Notes: generated by a model from the letters alone, not told the origin. Positions 1 through 14,297 are shown, counted from the first letter of the stretch. The stretch: 64,000 nt of DNA from Anthoceros angustus (GCA_010909165.1 VJWM01000019.1:930001-994000); one strand, 5' to 3'. Program-made: numbers and translations.

Positions 1-567
1 GGAAAGAAATGACAAACTTAATACCAAGCCTCCAAAGTATGTTTTTTGGTGAACATGAGACTATTATAAAAAAGAGATGGGAAAAACCCATCCACCCCAA
101 AAACAAAGGGGAAAAAACCCAACGAAGGGCACCATGCCAGGGAGACTAGCCCCCATGATCACATATTTCAAAACTACCAACCGCCCGAAGAACTTCGTGG
201 TGAAGGATGTGAAAAGGCCTACTTACCACCGGTGTCGAAGAAGCCACATCTCTTGCGCTTGCTGTCATTTTGTACACTGCGTTGGCCAACGCCCTCTGTA
301 GAGTGATGGAAACCCACTGTCGTAAGAAAGCAACAATACAAGAAAGGGGGAGGCCAACCCCATTCTTGTGGCTGTGATAAGCCTTGGCGCAGGCCTTGAC
401 GAACTTGGAGAAATCCTAGCCCATGGCTCCATGAGTCTCGATGGCAAGGGGGATGAAGGCGTGGACGCAACGCCTGATGCCAGAACCTGATGCCAAAAAC
501 TAGCCTGATGCCAAAAACTAGTACCCCCGACGCTGAGAAAAAAACTAAAACTAATGCTAAAAACTGC

Positions 568-1270
568 CACTACAAGAATCACAGGTATTTTACAACGTAT
601 TTTACAACATAATTTACAATCTCATGTTGTAAAAACGGACATTGTGATTAATAACAATAATAAAGAGTTAAAAAAATAAAGAACACAATTTGAGAAAAAT
701 GGTTTACAACGTAATCTACAACAAGGGAGCCACATCATCAATTGCTGTTGTAAATGGCCTCCAATCATATTTTTGTGATTAATAATAATAATAATAATAA
801 TAAAGGTTAAAAAAATTAAAAACACATTTTGAGAAAAATATTTTACAACGTAATCTACAACAAGGAAGCCATGTCATCAATCGTTGTTGTAAATGGCCTC
901 AAATCATATTTCTGTGATTAATAATAATAATAAAGAGTTTTGAAGAAATAGAAAATAAATTTTGAGAAAAAAGCTTTACAACGTAATCTACAACAAGGCA
1001 GCCACGTCATCACATGCTGTTGTAAATGGATTCCAAACATATTTTTGTGATTAGTGATATTAATAAATATTTTTAGAAAAAAAAGATCAAATTTTTAAAA
1101 AAAGGCTTTTACAACGTAATCTACGACGAGGGACCCACATCATCAATCCATTGTTGTAAATGAGCACCCGAAAGAGTGCCATATCATCCAACTAAAAACC
1201 TCCATTGTAAACCGAGTCTTAAACTTGCCACATCAGCGAAACTTAAACCAATTTACAGCGGAGGTTGTTA
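568..1270 (+). mobile_element. Left end of a CACTA/En-Spm-like non-autonomous DNA transposon (TIR plus subterminal repeats)
   Basis: CACTACAAGAA at 568-578 matches the classic En/Spm terminus. It is followed by many TTTACAACG / GTTGTAAA motifs in both orientations, typical of CACTA subterminal repeats. Confidence 0.55.
620..1160. repeat. AT-rich tandem repeat, ~130-bp unit, about 4 copies
   Basis: Recurring block TGTTGTAAA..TGTGATTAATAA..TTTGAGAAAAA..TTTACAACGTAATCTACAACAAGG..GCCA..TCATCA. Confidence 0.85.
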
Positions 1271-1447
1271 GTCGTTATAGAGATTAGGACAGTTGCAAAA
1301 GGGGGCCACCAAAATTAGACACCAAGAATAGCAAGAACCCTCGCTGGAAACCCTAAAACTAAGCCCGCGGACACGCACTGCCGGCTGACGCAGCCGCTAC
1401 CGGAAGGCGGAGCCCCGGCCCGGTAAGTCCGGTAGGCAAGGCATGCC

Positions 1448-1875
1448 CATTACAGCACACCGCCAGCCATAAGCCCGTGACGCCCGCCGTGAGACGGTTA
1501 TGCAGCTAACCCGCTTAGGTTATCGACCCAGAGGTACCACTACCTGCTCGAAAGAGAACCCGGAATGTGATAATGACGCGTTAGGGCATGCTAAAACTTA
1601 AACTTGTTTTCCGAAACTAGTCCTAGTAAATAGGTTATTTACTAACTTAGGCTAGAGAAAGGGGATTAAATCCCCATTTACTGTGGTAGTTAGACTTGAT
1701 CCTGAACAGACTTCCCAGTCTGTTACCAGGGGCTTCTTGGCCGGACACTAGCCAGCCCCTTCTTGTACTATGGACACTAAGAATTCAATAGCCATTTGCT
1801 GAAGGCTCATCTCACGACGGGGAGCTCAGGTCCTGAAAGCGCATCTGGGTTTGAATGCAGATCCTTGCCGTGACA
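1448..1875 (+). repeat. 5' LTR (start approximate)
   Basis: Closely similar to 44444-44876 and ends ...GATCCTTGCCGTGACA directly before the PBS. The first bases are degraded, so the TG start is not clean. Confidence 0.85.
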
Positions 1876-1877
1876 CT

Positions 1878-1889
1878 TGGTATCAGAGC
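1878..1889 (+). promoter_or_regulatory. Primer-binding site, initiator tRNA-Met
   Basis: TGGTATCAGAGC two bases after the LTR-terminal CA; canonical plant tRNA-iMet PBS. Confidence 0.9.
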
Positions 1890-2168
1890 AACGACCTTGG
1901 ACTCAACGACGAGACAGGCCCAACTGCCAACCTAGCGTAGAGAACACAAGGAGTCAGGGAAGCGAGATCAAGGAACAAGAATCGGAGTTGGGATTCCTGA
2001 AAGATCTAGCCCTGAAGGTTGTGAACACTTACGGCGCCGCTGTGCACGGTTGTCTCGGGGAGAGTCGGGCTACCTCCGGCGGACCGGCGAGGCCGCCAGG
2101 TCAGCTCGTGAAGTCTTCGACACTGCGACGCGCTTCGGACATCTCGAACTCCGGATCCACTAGACACC

Positions 2169-5100
2169 ATGAGTGACTACATCACGAGAAGCGGTGGAGA
2201 GGGAACTTACCACCGGCCAGGCGGCGGGAGAGGCTTGGAGAACATTGGGGAACGAGTGCAGGCGGGGCGGAGAGTGGCAGGCGCAACTCAAGACAGATTG
2301 ACCAGTATCCATGTCTTGGGACGCGCGCCAACAGAATCTTCGGAAGGCCAAGCTCGGCGACTCCGAAGGTTGAATAGTCGGCAGCAACGGGAATACCAGG
2401 AGCGTTCGGAGTCGGAACGCGATGGACCAGGCATGACCACCGCCGTGGAAGGTCCAAATCCCGCATATGCTAGCGAACCTGTACCCCGAAGGCGAGGACG
2501 TCCACGCAAGCGACCTTTGGCTTCGGCGGATCCGACATCTGCGGGCGGCGGCCCTACGGGACAGTGAACCCGAGAAACCCGGCGGTCCGGGACATGGAAG
2601 CACGAATGGCTAACCTCGAAAACGCGTTGGAGAAGAATTAAACCCTCACGGGTCGGGGCCGAAGATAGGTGGTGTGGAAGCCACTTGAAAGCCTTTGGAT
2701 GAGTTGTGTCGGACGAACCAACACCGGTTGGAAGGCCAACTGGCGGGTGTCCTTCAACTGCTCGAACACTCAACAATGGGTCGAACGGTGTGACGGACCC
2801 ACCCAGCACTTCCCCTGGTCCCACAATTCAGAGGAAGTCGAGCCACCGGAGCACCCACCTGCTCCTCAATGGGGAGGAGTGGGCAGGGAGGGTCGGACCT
2901 CACCAGCACTGAACCTCTCATCCGGTCGAAGTCGAGGGGTCGATGAGATCACGAAAAAATGGTGGTGGAGCTGCTGCACAGGAGAAAGGCGACAAGGAGA
3001 TCAAAGGGCCTTGGCAGATGCCTTATGGCGGGAGAAGGCCAAGGCGGTTGGAGTCGGACACATTGGAGAGTGAGGAGCAGCATTTCAAGCCCCGCCCTCA
3101 GCTCGACAAGGAGCTTTAGAGGAAGATCAAGACCACGACCTTCGATTAAGAGGGCAGTGTATATGGCTGGACAAAATGGAGAAATACCTCACAGCGAGCG
3201 AAAAGGATGACTTACAACGGATTCAATTGCGTAATGTCTACGGAGGATATGCGTATAGGTGGTGGAGAGAGGAGCATGTGGACACAGGAATGGAACGACC
3301 ATATACACTGGGCGGTCTTGAGACGCGCCAGTAATCTTGGAAGGCCAAGCTCGGCGACTCAAGGTTGATCGATCAGAACGGAATACCGAGGCGTCGAGTC
3401 AACGCTGGACCGAGCATGACCACCGCCGTGGAAGGTCCAAATCCCGCATATGCTAGCGAATCTGTACCCCGAAGGCGAGGACGTCCACGCAAGCGACCTT
3501 TGGCTTCGGCGGATCCGACATCTGCAGGGCCGTCGGCCCGCACGGAGGACATTCAGAACCCAGAAAACCCCGAAGCGGTCCAGGACATGGAAGCACGAAT
3601 GGCTAACCTGGAAAACGCGTTGGAGAAGAATTCTGAAACCCTCACGTCAGCCAAGATAGGTGGTGGAAGCCACTTGAAAGACTGGATGAGTTGTGCCGGA
3701 CGAACCAACACCGGTTGGAAGGCCAACCGGCGGTGTCCTTCAACCGAACACTCCCAACCGGCCGAACTGACGCCACTGCACTCCACCCAACCTGACTCGT
3801 CCCCACAAGTCCCACGAATTCCAGAGGAAGTCGAGCCACCGGAGCACCCACCTGCTCCTCAATGGGGAGGAGGCGGAGGGCCTGACCACCAAGATCAACC
3901 TCTCATCCGGTCGAAGTCGAGGGGTCGATGAGATCCTGAAAAAAATGGTGGTGGAGCTGCTGCCTGGGGAGAAAGACGACAAGGAGATCAAGGCGTTAGC
4001 ACGCCGGCTTCAGGTGATGCCTTATGAAAACTGGGAGAAGGCCAAGGCGAAGTTGGAGTCAGACCTGTTGGAGAGTGAGGAGCAGCATTTCAAGCCCCGC
4101 CCTCAGCTCGACAAGGAGCTTTAGAGGAAGATCAAGACCACGACCTTCGACGGAGTCGTTAAGGAGGCGCAGGGAGTGTATGACTGGCTGGACAAAATGG
4201 AGAAATACCTCACAGCGAGCGAAAAGGATGACTTCGGATTCAATTACGTAATGTCTCCGAGGGATATGCGATAGGTGGTGGTGGAGACAGAGAGAACGCT
4301 AAGTGGACTGGAATGGAACCATATACACTGGCGGTCTTCGACAGTTTTCTTGGAGCAGTTCCTTCCCGTCAATCATAACCGAGACACAGATCACCGCCCG
4401 CAAGATCTATCAATGTGGCACTATACAAAATCTGCGACAAATTTTTGCAGCTTACCTTGGATCTACCCCGTTTGGACGAGGAAGGTGGAGAAGTTTATCG
4501 GCGCTTCGCTTTGAGTTAAGCGGTGTTAACCAAACAAATCCGGGGACCACAGTAGAAGCTATCCGGCCGCCATGAACTATAAGCTTGAATAAATACAAAC
4601 ACCTGGGAACAATCGGTGGTCAGAAACAGAGGTATGGAAAGTCTGTCAACGCAATGAATAAAAAACCAGTTTTCAAAATCCTCTCAGAAGCAGAAAAGAA
4701 GGAGTATCAAGACAAGAAGATGTGCTTCACCTGCACAAGTGCAGATCATGGTTCACGAAACTGTCCTCATCGCAAGGAGTTCATTGCATGGCTGAAGGAG
4801 ACGGGCAACACCACCCGAACCAGCCATCAGCACACCCGGCAACGCGATAATCATTCGGTTACCATCGAGGTAGGAGGCATCACCTCGGTAACCCCAAGGC
4901 TTACCTTGGTGTTGTGTCTTTGGAGGCTGTGCTCTACACCATGTCCCCTTAAATTCCGAGTACAATTGGAAGGCATGGCGGTCACAGCCTTAGCAGTGGG
5001 GCCAGCCACCACTACATCTCAGGCGGCAGCCATGCAGAGCACATGCGGGACTCGGGTCAACTATCTATGGTAGCGGCTTGGAGAAGGACACGGCGTGAAA

Positions 5101-6060
5101 TGGGTAGAAGCTCACCTTACCTTCCTGGGGGGATATACGGAAGAGTTAAAACTGATAGTGATGCCCAGTCTCGCCCATGATGTGATAGTGGGGAAACCCT
5201 GGTTAGCTGCCCATTCCAAACATCTCCAGATAGATTGGTCGAACAATGTGGTCAACCTGCGAGTGGACCACCAGCAGTATGAGTTAGTAGGGGAAGCACA
5301 CCTCCCAGACAAGCATTTGTTCGCTGTTTCCGCGCTACATAAAGCAAGCGCCATGGCGACTTCACGTATAGCGAAATTGAAGAAGGTTCACCTTTGGAAA
5401 GCCTGCGAAACACGGCGGAGCTAGCAAGGCGGTGAAGAGGAACTGCAGGGATATGCGTATAGGTGGTGGAGACAGAGAGAACGCCAAGTGGACCTGGGAA
5501 TGGAACCAGCCATATACACCTGGGCGGTCTTCGACAGTTTTCTTGAAATGGCCTTCCTCAATCATAACCGAGATAGATCACCGCCCGCAAGATCTATCAA
5601 TGTGGCACTATAGTGAGTAATCTGCGACAAATTTTTGCAGCTTACCTTGGATCTACCCCGTTTGGACGAGGAACAAGGTGGAGAAGTTTATCGCTCGCTT
5701 TGAGTTAAGGGCGACGTTAACCAAACAAATCCAGTGGACCCCGGTAGAAGCTATCCGCCATGCCATGAACTATGGCTTGAATAAATACAAACACCGGGAA
5801 CAATGTGGTCGTAAATGAGAGGTATGGAAAGTCTCATAACGCAATGAATAAAAACCAGTTTTCAAAATCCTCTCGAAGGTAAAAGAAGGAGTATCAAGAC
5901 AAGAAGATGCTTCACCGCACAAGTGCATCATGGTTCAAACCGCCCTCATCGCAAGGGAGTTCATTGCATGGTCAAGGAGACGCAACACCACCCGAACCAG
6001 CCATCCCAACGCAGACACCCAAGAACAATAGAATCATTCGTTACCTCGAGGAGGTAGGAG
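2169..6060 (+). pseudogene. gag: gypsy gag, frameshifted, present as 2-3 overlapping partial copies
   Basis: Retrotransposon gag-like segment (YDWLDKMEKYL...AYRWW) and CCHC knuckle CFTCTSADHGSRNC at ~4720-4765. Blocks restart at ~3330 and ~5447. Confidence 0.8.
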
Positions 6061-6099
6061 GCCACCTCCCAAGAACCCCAAGGCTTGCAACGGCTGTTG

Positions 6100-9000
6100 T
6101 GTGCTGGAGGCTTGTGCTCTACACCATGTCCCCCTTAAATTCCGAGTACAATTGGAAGGCATGGCGGTCACATGTTGGACAAGGGGGCCAGCCACCACTA
6201 CATCTCCGGCGAGCCCGCAGGCGCACTCGCATGCAAGACTCGGGTCAATATTCAGTGGTGACGTAATAAAGGACACCAACAGAGAGAAGTGGTAGAAGCT
6301 CACCTTACCTTCCCGGGGATATACGGAAGAGTTAAAACTGATAGTGATGCCCCATGATGTGATAGTGGGGAAACTCGTTAGCTGCCATTCCAAACATCTC
6401 CGATAGATTGGAACAATGTGGTCAACTGCGAGTGGACCACCAGCAGTATGAGTTAGTAGGGGAAGCACACCTCCCAGACAAGCATTTGTTCGCTGTTTCC
6501 GCGCTACATAAAGCAACTGCCCATGGCAGCTTCCTGTACATAGCGAAATTGAAGAAGGTCACCCCACTGGAAGGCACTGCAGAAACACGAGCGGAGCTAG
6601 CAAGACAGGCTGAAGAGGAACTACCCGAGGATATGAAGTCCCTACTGGTGGAATTCAAGGACCTGTTTGCAGATCCCACTGAGCTCCCTCCTCAACGTTT
6701 TGTGGACCACCGCATTGACCTGGTCACAGGCGCCAAACCTGTCAGCATCCAACCATACAGAACCTCAGTCATGGAGAATGCAGAAATCAAAAAACAGGTA
6801 GATGCTTTCCTGGCTCAAGGGTTTGTAAAACCCTCCATCTCACCTTATGGAGCCCCAATACTACTAGTTGCCAAGCCTGATGGGGGTTGGAGACTCATAT
6901 AGATTACCGAGGTCTCAACTGGCAACTATAAAGAACATGTATCGGTGCCCGAATTGATGATCGGACCAACTACATGGGTCGGTGTGGTTCACCAAGATTG
7001 ACTTACGCCCGGATTCCACCAGATACGTGTCAAGAGGAACCGAGGACATGAAGTCCTTGGTGGAATTCAAGGATCTGTTTGCAGATCCCACTGAGCTCCC
7101 TCCTCGACGTTCTGTGGACCACCGCATTGACCTGGTCACAGGCGCAAACTCCAAGATCCAACCATACAGAACCTCAGTCATGGAGAATGCAGAAATCAAA
7201 AAACAGGTAGATGCTTTCCTGGCTCAAGGGTTTGTAAGACCCTCCATCTCACCTTATGGAGCCCCAATACTACTAGTTGCCAAGCCTGATGGGGGTTGGA
7301 GACTCTGTATAGATTACCGAGGTCTCAACCGGGCAACTATAAAGAACATGTATCAGATGCCCAGAATTGATGAGATTCTGGACCAACTACATGGGTCAGT
7401 GTGGTTCACCAAGATTGACTTACGCTCTGGATTCCACCAGATACGTGTCAAAGAGGGTGTGAACACAAAAGCGACTCCAACCCGCCATGGCCATTATGAG
7501 TGGGTGGTGATGCCCATGGGCCTCACAAATGCACCGGCTACCTTCCAGTGCCTAATGCAGGACATCCTCAGACCATTGTTGGGGCGAGGTGTGGAAGTGT
7601 TTCTGGATGATATCCTCATCCACTCCGCGGACACAGAAACCCACATTAAGTTGGTTAGGGCAGTCATGCAGCTCTTACAGAAACACCAGCTCTTAGCAAA
7701 AAGGAGCAAATGCACCTTCATGCGCCGGGAAGTGGAGTACCTGGGGCATATTGTTACAAGAGACGGGACTAGAATGGACTACGCAAGATCAAAGCCATCA
7801 CAGTGGACTACCGGACATTACCAACTCGGTGATTCCTTGGACTTGCAGGGTTCTATCGGAGATTTATCCAGGGCTTCAGTCAGATCGCCCTACCTCTGAC
7901 AGATGCTCTCAAACAATCTGCTAACAAACCCTTCCACTTGGATGCAGCGGCCCAGCAAGCTTTCGCCCAACTGAAACAGGCGTTGAGCACCGGACCAGTC
8001 TTGGCAGTGGCAGACCCCAAGGGTACCTACAGTGTACACACGGATGCATCAGACTTTGCCCTTGGGGCAGTCTTATCACAGGACGGTCGAGTCATTGCCT
8101 ATGAATCTCACAAACTCCAAGGTGCACAAGTCAACTACGCAGTCCACGACAAGGAGATGCTAGCAATTGTCCATGCACTCAAGGCATGGTGGCATTACTT
8201 GCTCGGACAAAAGTTTGATTTTCGACCATCATTCCTTGACATTTCTTCACTCAACCGAATTTGAATGCCAGACAAAGGCGGTGGTCAGAGTACTTAGCCG
8301 ATTTCCATTTTGACATCAAGTATGTCGTAGGGCCCTCCAACGCGATGGCGATGCCCTCGGTGACTCTCACCATGTCCTCCCAAGCTGGACACCATCGAGC
8401 GGTTCGGCAACATCACGAGGATCCTCACTTGCGGTGGTTCTATCGGAGATTTATCCAGGCTTGATCGGATCGCCTACCGATGAGATGCTCTCAAACAACT
8501 GCTAACAAACCCTTCCACTTGGATGCGGCTCAAAGAAGCTTCGCCCAACAGGAGCACGGACCGCCTTGGCAAAGGGGGTACCTAAGGCACACACGGATGC
8601 ATCGACTTTGCCTTGGGGCGGTCTTATCAGGGACGGTCGAGTCATTGCCTATGAATCTCACAAGCTCCAAGGTGCACAAGTCAACTACGAACAAGGAGAT
8701 GCTAGCAATTGTCCATGCACTCAAGGCATGGTGGCATTACTTGCTCGGACAAAAGTTTAAAGACACACCGACCATCATTCCTTCAGATTTCTTCACTCAA
8801 CCGAATTTGAATGCGGACAAAGGCGGTGGTCGAGTACTTAGCCGATTTCCATTTTGACATCAAGTATGTCGCAGGGCCCTCCAACGCGATGGCGATGCCC
8901 TCGGTGACTCTCACCATGTCCTCCCAATCGACACCATCGAGCGGTTCGGCAACATCACGAGGATCCTCACTTGCGGTGGTTCTATCGGAGATTTATCCAG

Positions 9001-10170
9001 GCTTGATCGGATCGCCTACCGATGAGATGCTCTCAAACAACTGCTAACAAACCCTTCCACTTGGATGCGGCTCAAAGAAGCTTCGCCCAACAGGAGCACG
9101 GACCGCCTTGGCAAAGGGGGTACCTAAGGCACACACGGATGCATCAGACTTTGCCCTTGGGGCAGTCTTATCACGGGACGGTCGAGTCATTGCCTATGAA
9201 TCTCACAAGCTCCAAGGTGCACAAGTCAACTACGAACAAGGAGATGCTAGCAATTGTCCATGCACTCAAGGCATGGTGGCATTACTTGCTCGGACAAAAG
9301 TTTACAGTACACACTGACCATCATTCCCTTCAGCATTTCTTCACTCAACCGAATTTGAATGCCAGACAAAGGCGGTGGTCAGAGTACTTAGCCGATTTCC
9401 ATTTTGACATCAAGTATGTCGTAGGGCCCTCCAACGCAGTGGCAGATGCCCTCAGCAGGCGAGCTCTCACGCTGATGTCCTCCCAACTGGACACCATCAG
9501 AGCGGTTCGGGCAGCGATCCCTGAGGATCCTCACTTGCAGGAGATTTATCAGCAACTGATCAAGGATACGGCAGGAGGAACACCCACAGCCTTGATGCAA
9601 ACTTACCAGCTTAAAGACGCCTGTGTCTACAGAAAGGGCCGGCTGGTGATCCCACAACACTTGACGGACATCCAGCAAAGTATCTTGCATGACTTGCATG
9701 ATTCCCCCATCTCTGGACACTTGGGCATCGACAGGACCTATGAACGGGTGAAGACCCATTTCCATTGGGAAGGCCTGCGCAATGACTGCATCCAGTGGGT
9801 CAGAAGTTGCACCTCATGTCAGCAAGCAAAGCCCGAACACCAGAAAACACCAGGACTGCTGTTACCTCTGCAGGTACCTGAAGGCAGGTTCCAATCCATC
9901 TCCATGGATTTTGTGACAGCCCTCCCACGGACACGCACAGGAAGGGACAGCATCTGGGTAGTTATGGACCGGTTGTCCAAATGTTGCCACTTCATTCCGG
10001 TGAATTCCAACATCACAGCTCCAAAGTTGGCCAGCATATTCACTAAGGAAATTTTCAGACTTCACGGCTGCCCTCAGAACATCGTTTCAGACCGCGACCC
10101 TAAGTTCACAGCAGGGTTTTGGCGAACCTTTACTGAAACCTTGGGCATCCAGCAGAGTTTGTCCTCCACA
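6100..10170 (+). pseudogene. pol: gypsy pol: protease, reverse transcriptase, RNase H, integrase N-terminal and core part
   Basis: Protease LDxGASH-like at ~6170. RT motifs CIDYRGLN, KIDLRSGFHQ, MPMGLTNAPATFQ, FLDDIL. RNase H HTDASDFALGAVL and KEMLAIV. Integrase HHCC (HDSPISGH..CTSC), ISMDFV, VSDRD. The RT N-terminus and RNase H are locally duplicated. Confidence 0.93.
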
Positions 10171-10200
10171 AACACCATAATGTTCTTTCCGTCGGAATAA
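10171..10200 (+). repeat. Left TIR
   Basis: AACACCATAATGTTCTTTCCGTCGGAATAA; its reverse complement is at 43456-43485 (29/30 identical). Confidence 0.95.
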
Positions 10201-10459
10201 TGAACGCCGGTTCCAGAACGATTGCCGCCGGTTCCTCTTTCTTGTCCCCTTACCAATTCGGCTCTAAAGTAAGCCAAGCAGGCTTGTTGGACCGCACTAT
10301 GCATGCAAGACTCAATAAAGCCTAGTTTACAAGATCGACCGTTTTATTTAATGGACCTATAGAAAATACTTTCTTGGTTTTGGCCGCACCATCGGTAAAT
10401 TTGTAAGAGAAAACCTAAACATTTATTAAAAGCGTTCGAACCGTTCAAGTCATTACCCT

Positions 10460-13400
10460 AAACCCATAGTAGGATGCCGGCATACCGGTGGCCTTGCACA
10501 TAAAACTCATGGTCAAACCATAGCTTGATGCTAGGTTTACGGGGCATTACATGTGTCTGGTTCGGGATCAACAGGATTACACTACACACATGCGGATACA
10601 TCGGGGACAGTAATGTTTCTAAGGCGACTATCATCCGGGTCTTGAAAGTGTCTGCCTTCATTGCCTCTCGCATCATCTTCCTCTATCCCATCAACCCGAT
10701 GATGACCATCTTGTGTCTAGTGTTTGTTGACCCTCATCCAAAAGGTCTCCGTATGTTCTTTCATTCTCCACGGCGACAAGAGGCACAATCGAGCCTTTCC
10801 AATTTCTTTTCACTCACGCAAACCTCCTTGGCCCGTAACCGAGATATTCCTCGTGAGTGCGGCTCATGGGTGAGCTCCTCTTACGCATCAGCAATACTTC
10901 ATATCCATGCACTCGGCTGCGGAATGAACTCACACACCTCTTGTCGGCCTCAATAGAAAATACAATGGCGGCGGACAACAAAGCGGCCATCAAAGATGTC
11001 CCACTCCCTGAACAAGCATCCACTATCCAGTCGCCTTCTTTGGAGAATGTCTTGATGAGCTTCATCATTAACCCCAAAGGCCTCGTGGATTTGTGACAGC
11101 TCTCCTTCTCTCGTGCTCCTTTACCGCGTTAAGATGGAATTTCTCGAATTTTGCCATTATCTCTTCCATCTTGTTCCCCTGTTGTTCCACTCTCTTGGCT
11201 GCCACCTCAGCCTCCCTCCTTGCTTGTTCCGTCCTTTTCGCACATCGCCTCTTGTTTTGCCCTTGCCGCCTCCTTGTTGTCCTGCACGACCCTTCATTTC
11301 TTTTTCCATTTGGCGCGCCTCATCCGATGACGCCCTCCGAATCACACTGCTTCCTCCGAGGAACTTTCTGTGGAATCTTCTGTGGAGCTCTTCACCGATG
11401 AACTTTCTTCCGAGGAGGATGAGGGATCCTTCTTTTTTCCGCCCGGCTTCTTCTTCTCCTTCTTAGCCTTCCTCCTCCCTTGCGGGTTGGATTCCTCATA
11501 GTTTAGCGCCGCCTTGATAGCCTTGCCCAAATTCTTCTCCGCTTGTAACCTTACGTGTCTCCCCATCTTAGAACCTGTGCCTTTAGCGAACCACCGTATT
11601 GCCTCGCAACTCCGAGTGAGGGCCACTGATCGAAGTCGTGAAACCTCTCCACATACGCGCAAGGTTTCCTTCTTTCCTCTCTCGCAGCTTTTCAAGTTTG
11701 ACAACACGTATCCCTCCACGTCAAGCCCCAACCTCTCATGGCGGTTTTAACTCTTCATAGGTTATGGAGGTGTGGCCGACTTGAGGTATTCGCCTATACC
11801 ACTGGACCCTCAAGAACTCCATAGAACAATACTGTGCATCTCCCGCCTCGGTTTGCAAATGTCACCGCTCAAAACGCTCAACAAATTCATCGGTCTTCAT
11901 ACCCTTCCCTCTCCATACAAGGTTGTTGAGGTGACCACCACCGGTGGTGGTCATGACTATCGTTGCTGATTCGGCGACGTGGTTGGTTCAACAACGGTTC
12001 CTGCGGGAGTCGATTGATCTCCAACAGTCTGCACACTTTTGGAAGAGAGGTCAGTAGATGGAATTGGTCCGAGGTTCCTTGGCCGTGGTACCTCGTCCAA
12101 GTCCAGAGGTTGGGGATCTTGCTCCAACAAGATCGGACCCCCGTCCCCTGGTTGATTCCTTACTTCCTTCTTCTCCCAAGGCGTCTTCCGGATCCTCCTC
12201 AACTCGCGGTTTGCAACCCTTTTCAACCTTTCCAAGGCTTGGCGTTGTCGCCTCTTGTTTTGCCCTTGCGCCTCCTTGTTGTCCCGTGCACGACCCTTCA
12301 TTTTCTTTTTCCATTTGGCGCGCTCCTCATCTGATGACGCTTCCTCCGAACTGTCACTCGTTTCCTCCTCCGAGGAACTTTCTGTGGAATCTTCTGTGGA
12401 GCTCTCTTCACCTGATGAACTTTCTTCCGAGGAGGATGAGGGATCCCTTCTCTTTTTCCCAGTCCTGGGCTTCTTCTTCTCCTTCTTAGCCTTCCTCCTC
12501 CCTTGCGGGTTGGATTCCTCATAGTTTAGCGCCGCCTTGATAGCCTTGCCCAAATTCTTCTCCGCTTGTAACCTTACGTGTCTCCCCATCTTAGAACCCA
12601 GGCCTTTAGCGAACCACCGTATTGCCTGCAACTCCGAGTGAGGGCCACTGATCACAGAAGTCGTGAAACCTCTCCACATACCGCAAGGTTTCCTTCTTTC
12701 CTCTCTGCTTTTCAAGTTTGACAACACGTATCCCTCCACGTCAAGCCCCGAACCTCTCATGGCGGTTTTAACTCTTCATAGGTTCGGAGGTGTGGCCGAC
12801 TTGAGGTATTCGCCTATACCACTACCCCAAGAACTCCATAGAACAATACGTGCATCTCCGCTTCTGGTTTGCAAATGTCACCGCTCAAAACGCTCAACAA
12901 ATTCATCGGTCTTCATACCCTTCCCTCTCCATACAATAAGGTTGTTGGTGACCACCACCGTGGTGGTGGTCATGACTATCGTTCTTGATTCGTGGTTGGT
13001 CAACAACGGTTCTGCGGAGTCGATTGATCTCCAACGATCGCACACTTTTGGAAGAGAGGTCAGAAGATGGAATTGGTCCGAGGTTCCTTGGCCGTGGTAC
13101 CTCGTCCAAGTCCAGAGGTTGGGGATCTTGCTCCAACAAGATCGGACCCCCGTCCCCTGGTTGATTCCTTACTTCCCTTCTTCTCCCAACGGGTGCGTCT
13201 TCCGGTTGGATCCTCCTCAACTCGCGGTTTGCAACCCTTTTCAACCTTTCCAGTGCTTGGCGTTGTCGCTTCTCTTGTGGCCTTCCGTCCCGACTTGACT
13301 CTGAATCCTCCGACTCAACCCGTGGCATCCATCTACCTAACTAGATACACTCCAAAACTAGACACCTAAGCTATGGTTAGTCCCCCTATAACCTTGATGT

Positions 13401-14297
13401 TAGCATTCCAACGGCGCCAAAAATGTGGAATGGGTTTTTGCATCCGAAGACGCAAAGAGGCCACATTTACCCTCTATGTCGTTATAGTCCTAGGATTCGA
13501 TCCCAAGGGAATGGTTTTGTGTCAAGGTGTTCTAATCTATGGATTCTAGACCTACCGTCGCTCACTACCCCACCTTCTCCAGCTACCCCCCAAACCCACC
13601 ACCGTATTGCCTCGCAACTCCGAGTGAGGGCCACTGATCACAGAAGTCGTGAAACCTCTCCACATACCGCAAGGTTTCCTTCTTTCCTCTCTGCTTTTCA
13701 AGTTTGACAACACGTATCCCTCCACGTCAAGCCCCGAACCTCTCATGGCGGTTTTAACTCTTCATAGGTTCGGAGGTGTGGCCGACTTGAGGTATTCGTA
13801 CCCACTACCGGACCCTCAAGAACTCCATAGAACAATACGTGCATCTCCGCTTCTGGTTTGCAAATGTCACCGCTCAAAACGCTCAACAAATTCATCGGTC
13901 TTCATACCCTTCCCTCTCCATACAATAAGGTTGTTGGTGACCACCACCGTGGTGGTGGTCATGACTATCGTTCTTGATTCGTGGTTGGTCAACAACGGTT
14001 CTGCGGAGTCGATTGATCTCCAACGATCGCACACTTTTGGAAGAGAGGTCGATGGAATTGGTCCGAGGTTCCTTGGCGGTGGTACCTCCCAAGTCCAGAG
14101 GTTGGGGATCTTGCTCCAACAAGATCGGACCCCGCCTCGGTTGATTCCTTACTTCCCTTCTTCTCCCAACGGGTGCGTCTTCCTTGGATCCTCCTCAACT
14201 CGCGGTTTGCAACCCTTTTCAACCTTTCCGGCTTGGCGTTGTCGCTTCGTGGCCTTCCGTCCCGACTTGACTCAACCTCCGACTCAACCCGTGGCAT
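10460..14297 (-). pseudogene. Retro-gag-like ORF with K/E/S-rich linker, ending in an amino-methyltransferase SAM-binding segment (frameshifted, partly triplicated)
   Basis: Read across frameshifts: MKTDEFVERFER..WY..TYEELK..GYVLSNLKS..ERF..AIRWFAKGL..NLGKAIKAALNYEES (gag-like). It then reads PLGLMMKLIKTFSKEGDWIVDACSGSGTSLMAA (motif X / motif I of beta-class N4/N6 MTases) at ~10980-11085. Confidence 0.6.

Noticed and set aside
1-560. ORFs at the window start
   Set aside because: Short, low-complexity and without identifiable domains.
1440-1450. 5-bp TSD of the gypsy element
   Set aside because: The right flank is ACCAA but the left flank (GCCCA) and LTR start are degraded, so it cannot be confirmed.
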